NCBI GenBank assembly: GCA_035446665.1
Contig: DAOTFQ010000001.1
Span: forward strand, 1 to 37,514
From: Candidatus Dojkabacteria bacterium
GTDB taxonomy: Bacteria; Patescibacteriota; Dojkabacteria; SC72
DNA length: 37,514 bases
Direction of reading: 5' to 3'
Shown here: piece by piece, positions 25,352-33,857 of the stretch
How the letters are laid out: each line of letters starts with the position of its first letter
Numbering within the stretch: position 1 is the stretch's first letter
Position numbers and translations under genes: made by a program
Notes under the pieces: generated by a model
Databases searched by the model: none
What the model was told of the DNA's origin: nothing
The model's input: the letters and a program-made list of their open reading frames with translations, nothing else

Positions 25352-27165
25352 TATGTTTTCAGAATTGCTAAAAATGCTTCTTGTGGTATTGTTACCTGAC
25401 CAATTTCTTTTAATCTTTTCTTTCCTTTCTTCTGTTTCTCCAGGAGCTTCTTTTTCCTAGAGTAGTCTCCACCATACAATTTCTCTGTGACATTTTTTCT
25501 GTATCCTCGGATATCTTCTCTTGCAATTATCTTTGCTCCTATTGCGGCTTGTAGTGGGATAGGGAACTGTTGCTTAGGAATTACTTTTTTCATCTCTTTT
25601 AAGAGAGTAGTGGCTTTTAATCTGGCATTTTCTCTAACTTCTAAGAAACTGAGGGCTTCTATCTTTTCGTGATTTACTAATATTGAAACTTTTACAATAT
25701 CTGCAGGGAAGAAGTCAATCATCTCATACTCCATAGAAGCGTATCCACTAGTTATATTCTTCATAAGGTCAAAGAAGTTAGAGATGAGAGATGCTAGGGG
25801 CATATCATATTCTAGGGCTATATATTGTTCTTTTAAATTAATATTTTTCTCCGCAGAAAGGTATCTAGTATTTACATACTCGCCTCTCTTTAATTGGCAC
25901 AACTTCATAAGGTCTCCGAGATATTTTTCTGGAGTCATAATTACTGTTCTTACCCAAGGCTCTCTTATTTCCGCTATCTCCGAAGGGTCAGGGAGTTCAT
26001 CTGGAGTTTGTATCTCTAGTTCTGTTCCATCTGTTTTTGTAACTCTATATTCTACTGTAGGAGCTGTTACTACTAGGTTTACATCATATTCTCTCTCTAA
26101 TCTCTCTTGGATTATTTCCATATGTAGGAGTCCTAGAAAACCACATCTGAAACCAGAGCCAAGTAGAGAGGATCTCTGCTCCGTAAAGGATATGGAGGAG
26201 TCATTTAAAGAGAGTTTTTTGAGGGCAATTTTAAGATTTTCATATTCCTCTGGGTCTGTAGGGAAGAAGGTCGCAAACATATTTGGTTTTGGAATTTTAT
26301 ATCCTGAAAGTGGCTCAACTCCTTTTTTGTCTGATACAGTATCTCCGACAGTAAAGTAACTAATATCCTTAAGTCCAGTAGCTATGTAACCGACTTCTCC
26401 AGTTTCCAGTATGTTTGTTTCTAGAAGATTGGGATTGAAAACCCCAATTTCTGTTGGTTTAAATGATTCTTCTCTCTGTATCATGTGTAGCTCTTGAGGT
26501 TTTCCTGGGATATGTTGTATCTTCCCATCAAAGACTCTAACTGCAATTACTACTCCTCTGTGTTCGTCATAGAAGGAATCAAAGACCAATGCTTTTAGAG
26601 GTTTCTTGGGGTCTCCTTTTGGAGGAGGAGATTTCTCCACGATTTCATCTAGTAATCTGTCTACGTTCTCTCCTGTCTTTGCAGAGACTTTTATGATTTC
26701 TTCCTTTTTAAATCGTAGTAAGCTTTCAATCTCTTCTTCTCTTTCTGTTATGTCTAGGTCGGGTAAGTCTATTTTGTTAAGAACTGGGATTATTTTAAGG
26801 CCCAAATCTAAAGCCTTTTTGGTGTTAGATATTGTTTGTGCTTGAATTCCTTGGCTAGCATCTATTAAAAGAATTGCAGATTCACATGCTGCTAATGATC
26901 TTGAGACCTCGTAGGAAAAATCTACATGTCCCGGAGTGTCTATTAGGTTAAGTTGGTAGCCTTTCCATTGCATTCTGCAAGCTTGTAGTTTTATGGTGAT
27001 TCCTTTCTCTTGTTCTAAGTCTAGTCTGTCTAGAACTCTCTCCTTTCTCTTCTCTCTTGAAAGGTCTGTTTTTACGGCTTCCAGAATCCTGTCCGCGAGA
27101 GTGGATTTTCCATGATCTATATGTGCAATTATTGAGAAATTGCGTATCTTGTCTAAATCTTGCAT
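25351..27165 (-). CDS. lepA: Translation elongation factor 4 (LepA)
   Basis: 604 aa with IRNFSIIAHIDHGKSTLADRIL, DTPGHVDF and NKIDL motifs, plus the LepA-specific C-terminal domain (YASMEYEM..., LLEKQKKGKKRLK). Confidence 0.97.
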   Translation of the reverse strand: MQDLDKIRNFSIIAHIDHGKSTLADRILEAVKTDLSREKRKERVLDRLDLEQEKGITIKLQACRMQWKGYQLNLIDTPGHVDFSYEVSRSLAACESAILLIDASQGIQAQTISNTKKALDLGLKIIPVLNKIDLPDLDITEREEEIESLLRFKKEEIIKVSAKTGENVDRLLDEIVEKSPPPKGDPKKPLKALVFDSFYDEHRGVVIAVRVFDGKIQHIPGKPQELHMIQREESFKPTEIGVFNPNLLETNILETGEVGYIATGLKDISYFTVGDTVSDKKGVEPLSGYKIPKPNMFATFFPTDPEEYENLKIALKKLSLNDSSISFTEQRSSLLGSGFRCGFLGLLHMEIIQERLEREYDVNLVVTAPTVEYRVTKTDGTELEIQTPDELPDPSEIAEIREPWVRTVIMTPEKYLGDLMKLCQLKRGEYVNTRYLSAEKNINLKEQYIALEYDMPLASLISNFFDLMKNITSGYASMEYEMIDFFPADIVKVSILVNHEKIEALSFLEVRENARLKATTLLKEMKKVIPKQQFPIPLQAAIGAKIIAREDIRGYRKNVTEKLYGGDYSRKKKLLEKQKKGKKRLKEIGQVTIPQEAFLAILKT

Positions 27166-27172
27166 ACGAGGA

Positions 27173-27181
27173 ATTATATCA
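27173..27181 (-). promoter_or_regulatory. Extended -10 box (TGaTATAAT) 7 nt upstream of the lepA ATG
   Basis: The minus strand reads TGATATAAT-TCCTCGT-ATG, with no SD, which is a leaderless-type geometry. Readthrough from the upstream gene is also possible. Confidence 0.35.
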
Positions 27182-27228
27182 TAGGGAAGGGAAGAGGATT
27201 TCCCTAAAGAAAGAGATTTCCCATTGAT

Positions 27229-27789
27229 CTATTCAACGGTTATTGTCATGTCAAATAGTTCAGAGAACTGAACGCCAGAGAGATTCTCTAGGGCAAGGAA
27301 GATAATTACTTTCTCTGATGGTAGAACACTTATTTTCTGTTCGTATGTTTCTCCAGTGTTGTCTTGTAGTAGATAAGGAGTTTCTTTTTCTTGTAGGTAT
27401 ATCTTTGATCTTGTATTGCTAAGTGTTTGGCCCCAGAAAGAGAGAACTTTCTTTTCTTCAGTGTTGTTCTGTATCTCCAGAATTGGTTTTGAATAGGAGT
27501 CTGCACCTCTTTTCCCAATCCTTGCAGAGTAGGCATATTCTGTTTCGTCTATTTTGTTAAGACTCTCTCCAGAGAATATCTCGTGTTGTCCTCCTACTAG
27601 TCTAAGGACGAGTTCATCTTGGGTAGTTACACCCAAAACGTCTATTTTCTTAATTTGTTTTGTTATTGGAGTTAAGTTCATTACTGTTACTACTGGAAGT
27701 ATGAAGAAAAGGGCTAGTAAGCCGAGTGCAAAAGGTTCTAGTATTTGTGTGAATACCTTTTTAAATTCTTCTTTCTTTGCCATTCTCAA
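27229..27789 (-). CDS. Hypothetical N-terminally anchored protein
   Basis: 186-aa ORF with one N-terminal TM (ILEPFALGLLALFFILPVVTVM) and a beta-rich soluble part. No motif recognised. Confidence 0.55.
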   Translation of the reverse strand: MRMAKKEEFKKVFTQILEPFALGLLALFFILPVVTVMNLTPITKQIKKIDVLGVTTQDELVLRLVGGQHEIFSGESLNKIDETEYAYSARIGKRGADSYSKPILEIQNNTEEKKVLSFWGQTLSNTRSKIYLQEKETPYLLQDNTGETYEQKISVLPSEKVIIFLALENLSGVQFSELFDMTITVE

Positions 27790-27794
27790 AGTAA

Positions 27795-28343
27795 TTAATA
27801 ATAACTGTTTTCTTTAGGATATATCTTATCAGTTTCTAATTCAAATGTCCTTATAGTTCCCCATATAGAGAGGAGCGAGGCTACACCTGCGCTTACGCCT
27901 ACCCAGCTATATGTTTGACCTTGCAATGTGTGTGCTATTACGATAATTGATGCAATAGTGAGAAAAGAGGTCCATATGAATATGTGTAGGAAAGTTACAT
28001 CCTTTTTTGTTACCCACTTCAGAATATTGAACTTTGTTATCTTTACTAAAGTTCTTGGATTTTGGAGTGTGGTTTGGTATATGGAGGTTTTGATTATGAA
28101 GTAGAGGGTAGGAACTGCTAGGAACAGAAACATCGTCAGGTTTGAAATAGAGTTCACAAAGAGAGTAACGTTATTGTCTGTAAAGAGGATTTGTATTGAG
28201 GTAAGTCCCTCTATGTCGTTTTCTATGAAGAACTCTAAATCGTATATCATTGAAGGCACTATTATCCCGATTGCTTTCCCAGCAATCATCAAGATTGCAG
28301 GGGTTATGGATATTTTAAGCGCTCTTTTTAGCAGTTTTGACAT
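27795..28343 (-). CDS. Hypothetical polytopic membrane protein
   Basis: 182-aa ORF with 4-5 hydrophobic segments. It overlaps the rpsT 3' end by 29 nt (an alternative ATG lies at 28292). Confidence 0.55.
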   Translation of the reverse strand: MSKLLKRALKISITPAILMIAGKAIGIIVPSMIYDLEFFIENDIEGLTSIQILFTDNNVTLFVNSISNLTMFLFLAVPTLYFIIKTSIYQTTLQNPRTLVKITKFNILKWVTKKDVTFLHIFIWTSFLTIASIIVIAHTLQGQTYSWVGVSAGVASLLSIWGTIRTFELETDKIYPKENSYY

Positions 28344-28611
28344 TATTTTGGGACAGCTTGTTTAATTTTGTGGTAAGGCGAGATTTAATTCTATCAGCCT
28401 TCCCTTCCTTTATAACATTTTTCCTGGTTGCTTTGTCAAGAACCTTGTAAACATTCTTTATGTTTTTAGAAGCTTCTTCAACTTTACCCTCTTCAACTAG
28501 AGTGTTTTGCTTTTTAACTGTCCTTTTTATTCTATTTCTTAACCTGTCATTGACGGTTTTTCTTTTTTTGTTCTGTTTAAGGTCTTTAATAGATGTCTTA
28601 AGGTTTGGCAT
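28315..28611 (-). CDS. rpsT: 30S ribosomal protein S20
   Basis: MPNLKTSIKDLKQNKKRKTVNDRLRNRIKRTVKK is a typical S20 N-terminus. The track ORF start at 28653 is a TTG that is part of a TTGACT -35-like hexamer (28648-28653), so I place the start at the ATG at 28609-28611. Confidence 0.85.
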   Translation of the reverse strand: MPNLKTSIKDLKQNKKRKTVNDRLRNRIKRTVKKQNTLVEEGKVEEASKNIKNVYKVLDKATRKNVIKEGKADRIKSRLTTKLNKLSQNNVKTAKKSA

Positions 28612-28678
28612 TTTAATTAGATATATATGTAAAGTAAATAACTTGTAAGTCAAGGTATTATATATATTATGTCTTTAT

Positions 28679-28706
28679 TTGTAAACATTTTTATTTGTGT
28701 TACACT
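28679..28706 (+). promoter_or_regulatory. Candidate promoter TTGTAA-N16-(TGt)TACACT, ending 6 nt before the ATG at 28713
   Basis: -35-like hexamer at 28679-28684, TG at 28698-28699, -10-like hexamer at 28701-28706, spacer ATTTCT, then ATG. This supports the MRRSR start and a leaderless mRNA. Confidence 0.35.
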
Positions 28707-28712
28707 ATTTCT

Positions 28713-29144
28713 ATGAGGAGGAGTAGATTGTTTAAGCTTTTTGTATTTTTGTTTTTTGTATTTTCGGTTGCTTCAGCTGTTTCTGTTTATGTTGTCCATT
28801 ACCAGGAGTCTATGGAAGAAGATATTTCAGAGAATGTCCTAGGAGTTAGGAATCCTACGGGGGTCCCTTACATAATTAACTTACCTCCCTTGGTCGTTAG
28901 GGAAGGGGAGGTTTATGAGTATAGGGTGAGGGTTTTGGATAGTGATACGGAGATAGAAGGTCTAGAACTGGAGTATATGGAAGGGCCTGAATGGCTCAAC
29001 TTAGAGGGTTTTGTTCTTAAGGGTGTTGCCCCAAGTGCAAGTAGGGGGACTTACAAAATTGTTTTGAAAGTTTCGGATGGGTATAATAGCTCTACTAAAG
29101 AGGATTATATATTAGTGGAGGAGAGTTTGGAGGATGTCGAATAA
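28713..29144 (+). CDS. Small membrane-anchored protein with one cadherin-like/putative Ig (He_PIG-like) domain
   Basis: The track ORF starts at a TTG at 28695. I prefer the ATG at 28713 (MRRSRLFKLFVFLFFVFSVASAVS signal/anchor). PPLVVREGEVYEYRVRVLDSD...GTYKIVLKVSDG is the putative-Ig-domain pattern. Confidence 0.6.
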   Translation: MRRSRLFKLFVFLFFVFSVASAVSVYVVHYQESMEEDISENVLGVRNPTGVPYIINLPPLVVREGEVYEYRVRVLDSDTEIEGLELEYMEGPEWLNLEGFVLKGVAPSASRGTYKIVLKVSDGYNSSTKEDYILVEESLEDVE

Positions 29145-29547
29145 AAAAAAGAAGATTTACATGTTGTCTTTGCTTGCTTTTATACTGTTAGGTTCAGGTC
29201 TTTTTTTGTTGTTCTCTAAAGATACAGGAGAGTTGGAAGTTAAGGGAATAGCTGGAAAGGATTGTGTCCCATACAATATCTTTGTTATGCCAGGGGAGAA
29301 TGATTATTCTGTTGAGATATCTTGGAAGACCAGATCTGAATGTCTAGGTTTTGTCCTTTATGGTCAGGATAGGGGCAACTTAGATATGGTAGGGGTGGAT
29401 CTTGTAAATGAAAGTAGCTCTAGGGATCATAATGTAACAATAGAGGGATTGCTTAGGAGAGAAAGATATTACTTTCTAGTGAACTCTCAGGATCAGGCTT
29501 ATGGAAATAATGGATCTCCTTTGGAATTTGTTATAGAGAATCTTTAA
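29134..29547 (+). CDS. Small membrane-anchored protein with one FN3-like domain
   Basis: 137 aa. The N-terminal TM is IYMLSLLAFILLGSGLFLLF. SVEISWKT...GFVLYGQD...HNVTIEGLLRRERYYFLV matches the FN3 / purple-acid-phosphatase-N-like pattern. It overlaps the previous ORF by 11 nt. Confidence 0.6.
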   Translation: MSNKKKKIYMLSLLAFILLGSGLFLLFSKDTGELEVKGIAGKDCVPYNIFVMPGENDYSVEISWKTRSECLGFVLYGQDRGNLDMVGVDLVNESSSRDHNVTIEGLLRRERYYFLVNSQDQAYGNNGSPLEFVIENL

Positions 29548-31349
29548 GATTTCTTTTTCTTGTTCTTAGATACCTTTCTTACTAACTTCGTTTCGAAGTA
29601 TTTCTTAGGTTTGAATATCTTCCATGAGAACACTTCTGCTTCTTTGTAAGCTCCAGAGTTTATTAACTTTTCTATCATTGTCTGGCCCATAGGTCTTGAG
29701 TAGATATACCAACCAACTGTGACGACTAGCATTCCAAGGAGAATTCTACTAATTACGGAATCAAAGATTCCTGTCTCTGGTGTTGTCTCTGAATCTGGTT
29801 CCTCAGCAACTGGTGTCTCCTCATCATCCACGGGAGCTTCTTCTTCAGTACAACTCTGTGCTACATTTAGGATAAGTTCTGCTCTGAGTGTCTCTGGATC
29901 TTCAGGTATTTCCGCAGGTGTTATTACTACTTCGTTCTGGTTTTCTCCTGTTAGAGCATTTTCTCCAGCTTCTGATATGAAGGCTATTGTTAATGATTGA
30001 CCACTATTAACGGACCAGCCTTCTGTTTTCTCCCATACTACTTCTTGAGTATCCCCAATGTTTGTTGTTGTTACAAATTTTGTATCATCTACCTTAACTC
30101 CATTTATCTTTGTTGAATCTGCCACATATGTAAACCCTAGTGGCAGTTTATCCTTGACCGAGTAGATTATCTGGGCTGTTGTGCTGTCGTTCACTGTTTT
30201 TAGTGTAAACTCTACAACGTTGTTCGGTGTTACTCTCTCTATACATTTGACGTTTGAGGTTTTGGAAACCCTGAATTTGGATTCTTCTGCTTCTTGTAAT
30301 TCTTCAGAGGTAGGATCCATTTGTGGGAAGTTAAAGGACGTATCTACTGTTCCGATTACTTCTGTGTCGGATCTGACCTCAGCAGTTATTTTTATATTCC
30401 CAACCTTACGGTCGAGTTGAGAGAAACTTAGGTCTGTACTGAAGTTCTCACTATTATAAAGGTCCTGTTCTAGAATAGAGATTTCACCTTTAGTGCTGTC
30501 TATCGTAAAGCCATCTGTCATTGAGAGATCACCCACGCCAGAATCTTCTGGCCCAAAAGAGAATCTTATTGTTAATGGTGTGTCATCTTTAATATTTCCA
30601 ATTCCTATCTTAATTCTAGAGACTTTGTAAGTGTCTTCGTCTTTTCTTGTTTGTACTTGCATTGTGCTAACACTTGCAGAAGTTGTCTGTTCTACCTCGA
30701 TAAGTCTTCTACATATGGGGGAGTTTATTTGGTTTGCACTAGCATCTGATGCTGTTGCAAAGATATTCAAAGTAGAGGTATCTAACTCTGTATAGGTCTT
30801 TGTTATGGTCAATGAATCTGGAGATATGGAGTCTGGTTCAACCTCTTGATTGTTGATCACAAATTTGTGACCTGTATAAACAGCATCAAACTTAGCTTCA
30901 ATGGTTAACTCCTTCTCATCTAGGGGGATTTTCCCAGTAACAATTTTGCCAGCGCTATCCTTTATTGTCATCTCTGAACATCTGCTATCTTGAACCACTG
31001 GGAGGGTACAGATTTGGTAGAGATCTTGTTTAGTTGTGCTGTTTAATAGGTTTGTTGAAAGGTTATCAATGGAACATGGTGTGCTACAATTCTGGTTGCT
31101 AGGAACAGTATTTAGTTCAAAAGAGAATCCTCTTCTAGGGTCTCCACATTCAGATACGACTTTTGGATCTATGTAATAACAGGCACAAGTTGTTTCCGTT
31201 AAGGTCTGTTCGCCTTCAGGTTCCTCTAAGGTATAAAAATAAACGGCTGAGATAATAAGCCCTATACCTAAAATAGCAGCGATTACGATTAATAGGGTTG
31301 TACTCTTTTTCTTTTCACTTGTGGTGGAAACTCTTCTGACTTCTTCCAT
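29544..31349 (-). CDS. Large surface protein: N-terminal anchor, Cys-rich region, beta-rich repeats, DUF11-like domain, acidic linker, TPETG + TM + basic tail
   Basis: 601 aa. The N-terminal TM spans aa ~18-38, and seven Cys lie in aa 55-124. The DUF11-like pattern is VSKTSNVKCIERVTPNNVVEFTLKTVNDSTT..VKDKLPLGFTYV. TPETG (29769-29783) is followed by a hydrophobic segment and a K-rich tail. Its stop overlaps the convergent 137-aa gene stop (TTAA at 29544-29547). Confidence 0.75.
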   Translation of the reverse strand: MEEVRRVSTTSEKKKSTTLLIVIAAILGIGLIISAVYFYTLEEPEGEQTLTETTCACYYIDPKVVSECGDPRRGFSFELNTVPSNQNCSTPCSIDNLSTNLLNSTTKQDLYQICTLPVVQDSRCSEMTIKDSAGKIVTGKIPLDEKELTIEAKFDAVYTGHKFVINNQEVEPDSISPDSLTITKTYTELDTSTLNIFATASDASANQINSPICRRLIEVEQTTSASVSTMQVQTRKDEDTYKVSRIKIGIGNIKDDTPLTIRFSFGPEDSGVGDLSMTDGFTIDSTKGEISILEQDLYNSENFSTDLSFSQLDRKVGNIKITAEVRSDTEVIGTVDTSFNFPQMDPTSEELQEAEESKFRVSKTSNVKCIERVTPNNVVEFTLKTVNDSTTAQIIYSVKDKLPLGFTYVADSTKINGVKVDDTKFVTTTNIGDTQEVVWEKTEGWSVNSGQSLTIAFISEAGENALTGENQNEVVITPAEIPEDPETLRAELILNVAQSCTEEEAPVDDEETPVAEEPDSETTPETGIFDSVISRILLGMLVVTVGWYIYSRPMGQTMIEKLINSGAYKEAEVFSWKIFKPKKYFETKLVRKVSKNKKKKS

Positions 31350-31379
31350 TAAGGGTAGTAAAAACTTATCCTTCCCTAA

Positions 31380-31408
31380 AGTTTAGTTTAATGAGGGGAG
31401 GGTGTCAA
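31380..31408 (-). promoter_or_regulatory. Candidate promoter of the 601-aa surface protein gene (TTGACA-N17-TAAACT)
   Basis: On the minus strand, consensus TTGACA lies at 31408-31403 and TAAACT at 31385-31380. AGGGAAGGA lies about 15 nt upstream of the ATG at 31349. Confidence 0.4.
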
Positions 31409-31451
31409 CTCAGAGTGCTACGGAACCTATTCTTAGAGGCAGAAAAATCTC

Positions 31452-32393
31452 TTAGAGGAAAGGACAGATTAGGGTGAGTCCAAGAGTAGGCTCAATTTTG
31501 CCTGTTTTAATCTGGTAGTCTAGGTTAGAAAGTTTAGAGTAGAGCATTTTTATTTTTTCCTCAGAATATTGTTTTGAAGCTTTTATTAGAGAAGGGGTTG
31601 TGAAGGGAGGGATTTTTAGTGCAGAAGATATCTCTTTGTATCCCTTTCCTTCCTCATCTAAGGTTTTAGTCAGGTAAAGAAGTCTTAAATTCCTCGCTAA
31701 CATTGAGAGGATATAGTTTGCATCCACTCCCTGAGAAGTTAATCTTTCTAGAATTGTGATGCTTTTTTCTTTGTTTTGCATGTTAATTGCATCTGTAAAA
31801 TCCCAAATCTCTTTCTCTAGGGTGTCAGCGGTAAGCTCTTCTATGTCTTCTTCTCTGATTATTTTATCTTGGTTGTGTAATTTGAATTTCTCTAGTTCAT
31901 TCTTACACCTTTCTGGGTCGTAGTTTGTTCTCTCCGCAAGTTTTTTAATAACGCTTTGGTCTATCTTAAGCTCATGTTTCTCCAACTCTTTTCTTAACCA
32001 AGTGAAGAAGGTTCTTTTATTGAGTTGGTCTAGTTCCTCTACAGCGTTATTTTTTTTAAAGAATTTATAATATCCTGTATTGGATCTTATCTTTTGGTCT
32101 TCCCAGACGATTATGTGGTCATCAGTTTTCCCTTCTTTGAGAATTTCTACAAGGGCTTCTGTTAAAAGGGCTTTCTCTTTATTCTTGTACAGTCTTTTTA
32201 TTAATATTGTTCTTTTTGTGGAGAAGAGGGAAGGAGAAGTTAGAAAGTCAACTATCTCCCTAGGGGTCTTGGAGTCGGCTTCCAGTATATCTACACTAAT
32301 GGTTGGGTTCTCTTCTTTAAGCTTGTTTAGATGTGAGTGAACTTCCTCTAAAGAAAGATATGTTGAATTTCCGTGATAAAGTTTGTATTCCAC
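31452..32393 (-). CDS. holA: DNA polymerase III subunit delta (HolA)
   Basis: 313 aa. SPSLFSTKRTILIK, IWDFTDAINMQNKEKSITILERL and LKIPPFTTPSLIKASKQYS...LDYQIKTG fit the HolA pattern. The neighbourhood (rpsT, lepA nearby) resembles Firmicutes-type synteny. Confidence 0.78.
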   Translation of the reverse strand: MEYKLYHGNSTYLSLEEVHSHLNKLKEENPTISVDILEADSKTPREIVDFLTSPSLFSTKRTILIKRLYKNKEKALLTEALVEILKEGKTDDHIIVWEDQKIRSNTGYYKFFKKNNAVEELDQLNKRTFFTWLRKELEKHELKIDQSVIKKLAERTNYDPERCKNELEKFKLHNQDKIIREEDIEELTADTLEKEIWDFTDAINMQNKEKSITILERLTSQGVDANYILSMLARNLRLLYLTKTLDEEGKGYKEISSALKIPPFTTPSLIKASKQYSEEKIKMLYSKLSNLDYQIKTGKIEPTLGLTLICPFL

Positions 32394-32399
32394 GCCTAT

Positions 32400-33845
32400 T
32401 TATTCCTCCTCTGTTCTAATGTTACTTCCTATTAGTATTGTAACATCTTCCCCATTTAGATTGCTTGTAATGTAATCCGGTTGAGTTGTTAAGTCAGTTT
32501 CTAGGTATTTGGAGAGTTCTCTGACTGTATGACTATTTTCTCCCTCCTCATGTGAGTAAATGATTATTTCTTCTCTGTCCGTTCTTAGTGTCCCTGCAAA
32601 GGTAATATCTAGGTATGGGTAGCCCTCGTTTAGTTTTTCTGTTATTGCTAGTACTGTTTGGTATCCTGCTCCTGTGTCATATATGAGGACTTTGGCCTTC
32701 TCCCCGTATAAAGCAGGGTTGGTCATTATTAACCCAACGAATTCATTTATATCTGTGTAATCTCCTAGTGCTATTTTAGGACCTATTGCGTATGCTCCAC
32801 TCTCCATTGGCTTGTTCTCGACTAATGAATAATTCCCAATGGAAGTGTCTAGAACGAAAGAGTAGATTTTTCCAGAATTCTCATTAAATTCTTTGAAGAG
32901 TTCTAATGCAGCTTCTATGTCATTTGTGGAAAATTCTGAAACTCTAATATTACCATCTATAGAGGGGAGGATTCCTAATATGGTTTTGGGATTCATTAGA
33001 GATTCTGAGGATAGCAGTTTATCTTTAAGTGCAATTATTACCTTCTGTTGTCTTTTTGCTCTGGCAAAGTCACTCCCTTCGTTATTTTGAAGAGAATGTC
33101 TTGATCTTGAGTATATCAGTGCTGTTTCCCCATCCATTGTTTGTGGGCCAGCCTCAAAGGATACCGTTTGGTATCCTTTTCCAAGAGGGTATCGATAATC
33201 TGTAAAACTATTCTCTACGTTTACGTCGATTCCTCCTAGTGTGTCTATTATCCCTACAAAGGCTTTAAAATCTACCATTGCATAATATTGAATCTTTTGC
33301 CCAGTGACTCTTTCAACAGTGTCTTGTAGGGCTATTATTCCAGTTCCTTGTTTCTCCTGCTCTGCAACGTTATATATGCTATTTATTCTGACATACCAGT
33401 TTACTCCCTCTTCGACTTCAACATGGAAATCCCTTGGAATGGAGAGTAGGGTTATGTCGTTAGTTTCGTAGTTATAAGATGCCATCATAATGGTATCTGT
33501 GTTTAGTAGTCCTGTATTCTCTCTGGTATCTAATCCTACTAGTAAGACATTGGTGTACTTTCCTGAGGGATCTTTCTTTAAACTTTTCTCTTCCCTTCCT
33601 AGTAGTTCTTCAGGTCTGAGTCTAAAGCCAAGGTCATGTGAGAATATATATCCCTTATAGATTAAGAATCCTAGACCAAGGAGAACGAGGGTAACTATCA
33701 CGAGGATTATGATTTTCTTTCTTTTATTTTTCTTTGGAGTAGTTCCATTAGTAGGAAGCTTCTCTCTCTTAACGTTCTTTATCTTCTCCCTAGACTTTTG
33801 GGGGACAGCTAGGTTGGTATCTTTTAAATCTATATCTATGGTCAT
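32400..33845 (-). CDS. LytR-CpsA-Psr (LCP) family cell-envelope phosphotransferase
   Basis: 481 aa. It has an N-terminal TM, LLVGLDTRE...DTIMMASYN, LLSIPRD, a DFKAF..IIDTLGGIDVNV core, and an additional C-terminal domain. Confidence 0.88.
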   Translation of the reverse strand: MTIDIDLKDTNLAVPQKSREKIKNVKREKLPTNGTTPKKNKRKKIIILVIVTLVLLGLGFLIYKGYIFSHDLGFRLRPEELLGREEKSLKKDPSGKYTNVLLVGLDTRENTGLLNTDTIMMASYNYETNDITLLSIPRDFHVEVEEGVNWYVRINSIYNVAEQEKQGTGIIALQDTVERVTGQKIQYYAMVDFKAFVGIIDTLGGIDVNVENSFTDYRYPLGKGYQTVSFEAGPQTMDGETALIYSRSRHSLQNNEGSDFARAKRQQKVIIALKDKLLSSESLMNPKTILGILPSIDGNIRVSEFSTNDIEAALELFKEFNENSGKIYSFVLDTSIGNYSLVENKPMESGAYAIGPKIALGDYTDINEFVGLIMTNPALYGEKAKVLIYDTGAGYQTVLAITEKLNEGYPYLDITFAGTLRTDREEIIIYSHEEGENSHTVRELSKYLETDLTTQPDYITSNLNGEDVTILIGSNIRTEEE

Positions 33846-33857
33846 TTAAGCAGATTG

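Noticed and set aside
27197-27222. Direct repeat GATTTCCC x2 (27197-27204 and 27215-27222) upstream of lepA, considered as a terminator or operator
   Set aside because: The repeats are direct, not inverted, so no hairpin forms. An 8-nt repeat in a 63-nt spacer could be chance, and there is no supporting evidence.
28612-28653. 14-codon N-terminal extension of the S20 ORF (MTYKLFTLHIYLIK)
   Set aside because: It starts at a TTG that is part of a TTGACT promoter-like hexamer. The conserved S20 sequence begins at MPNLK.
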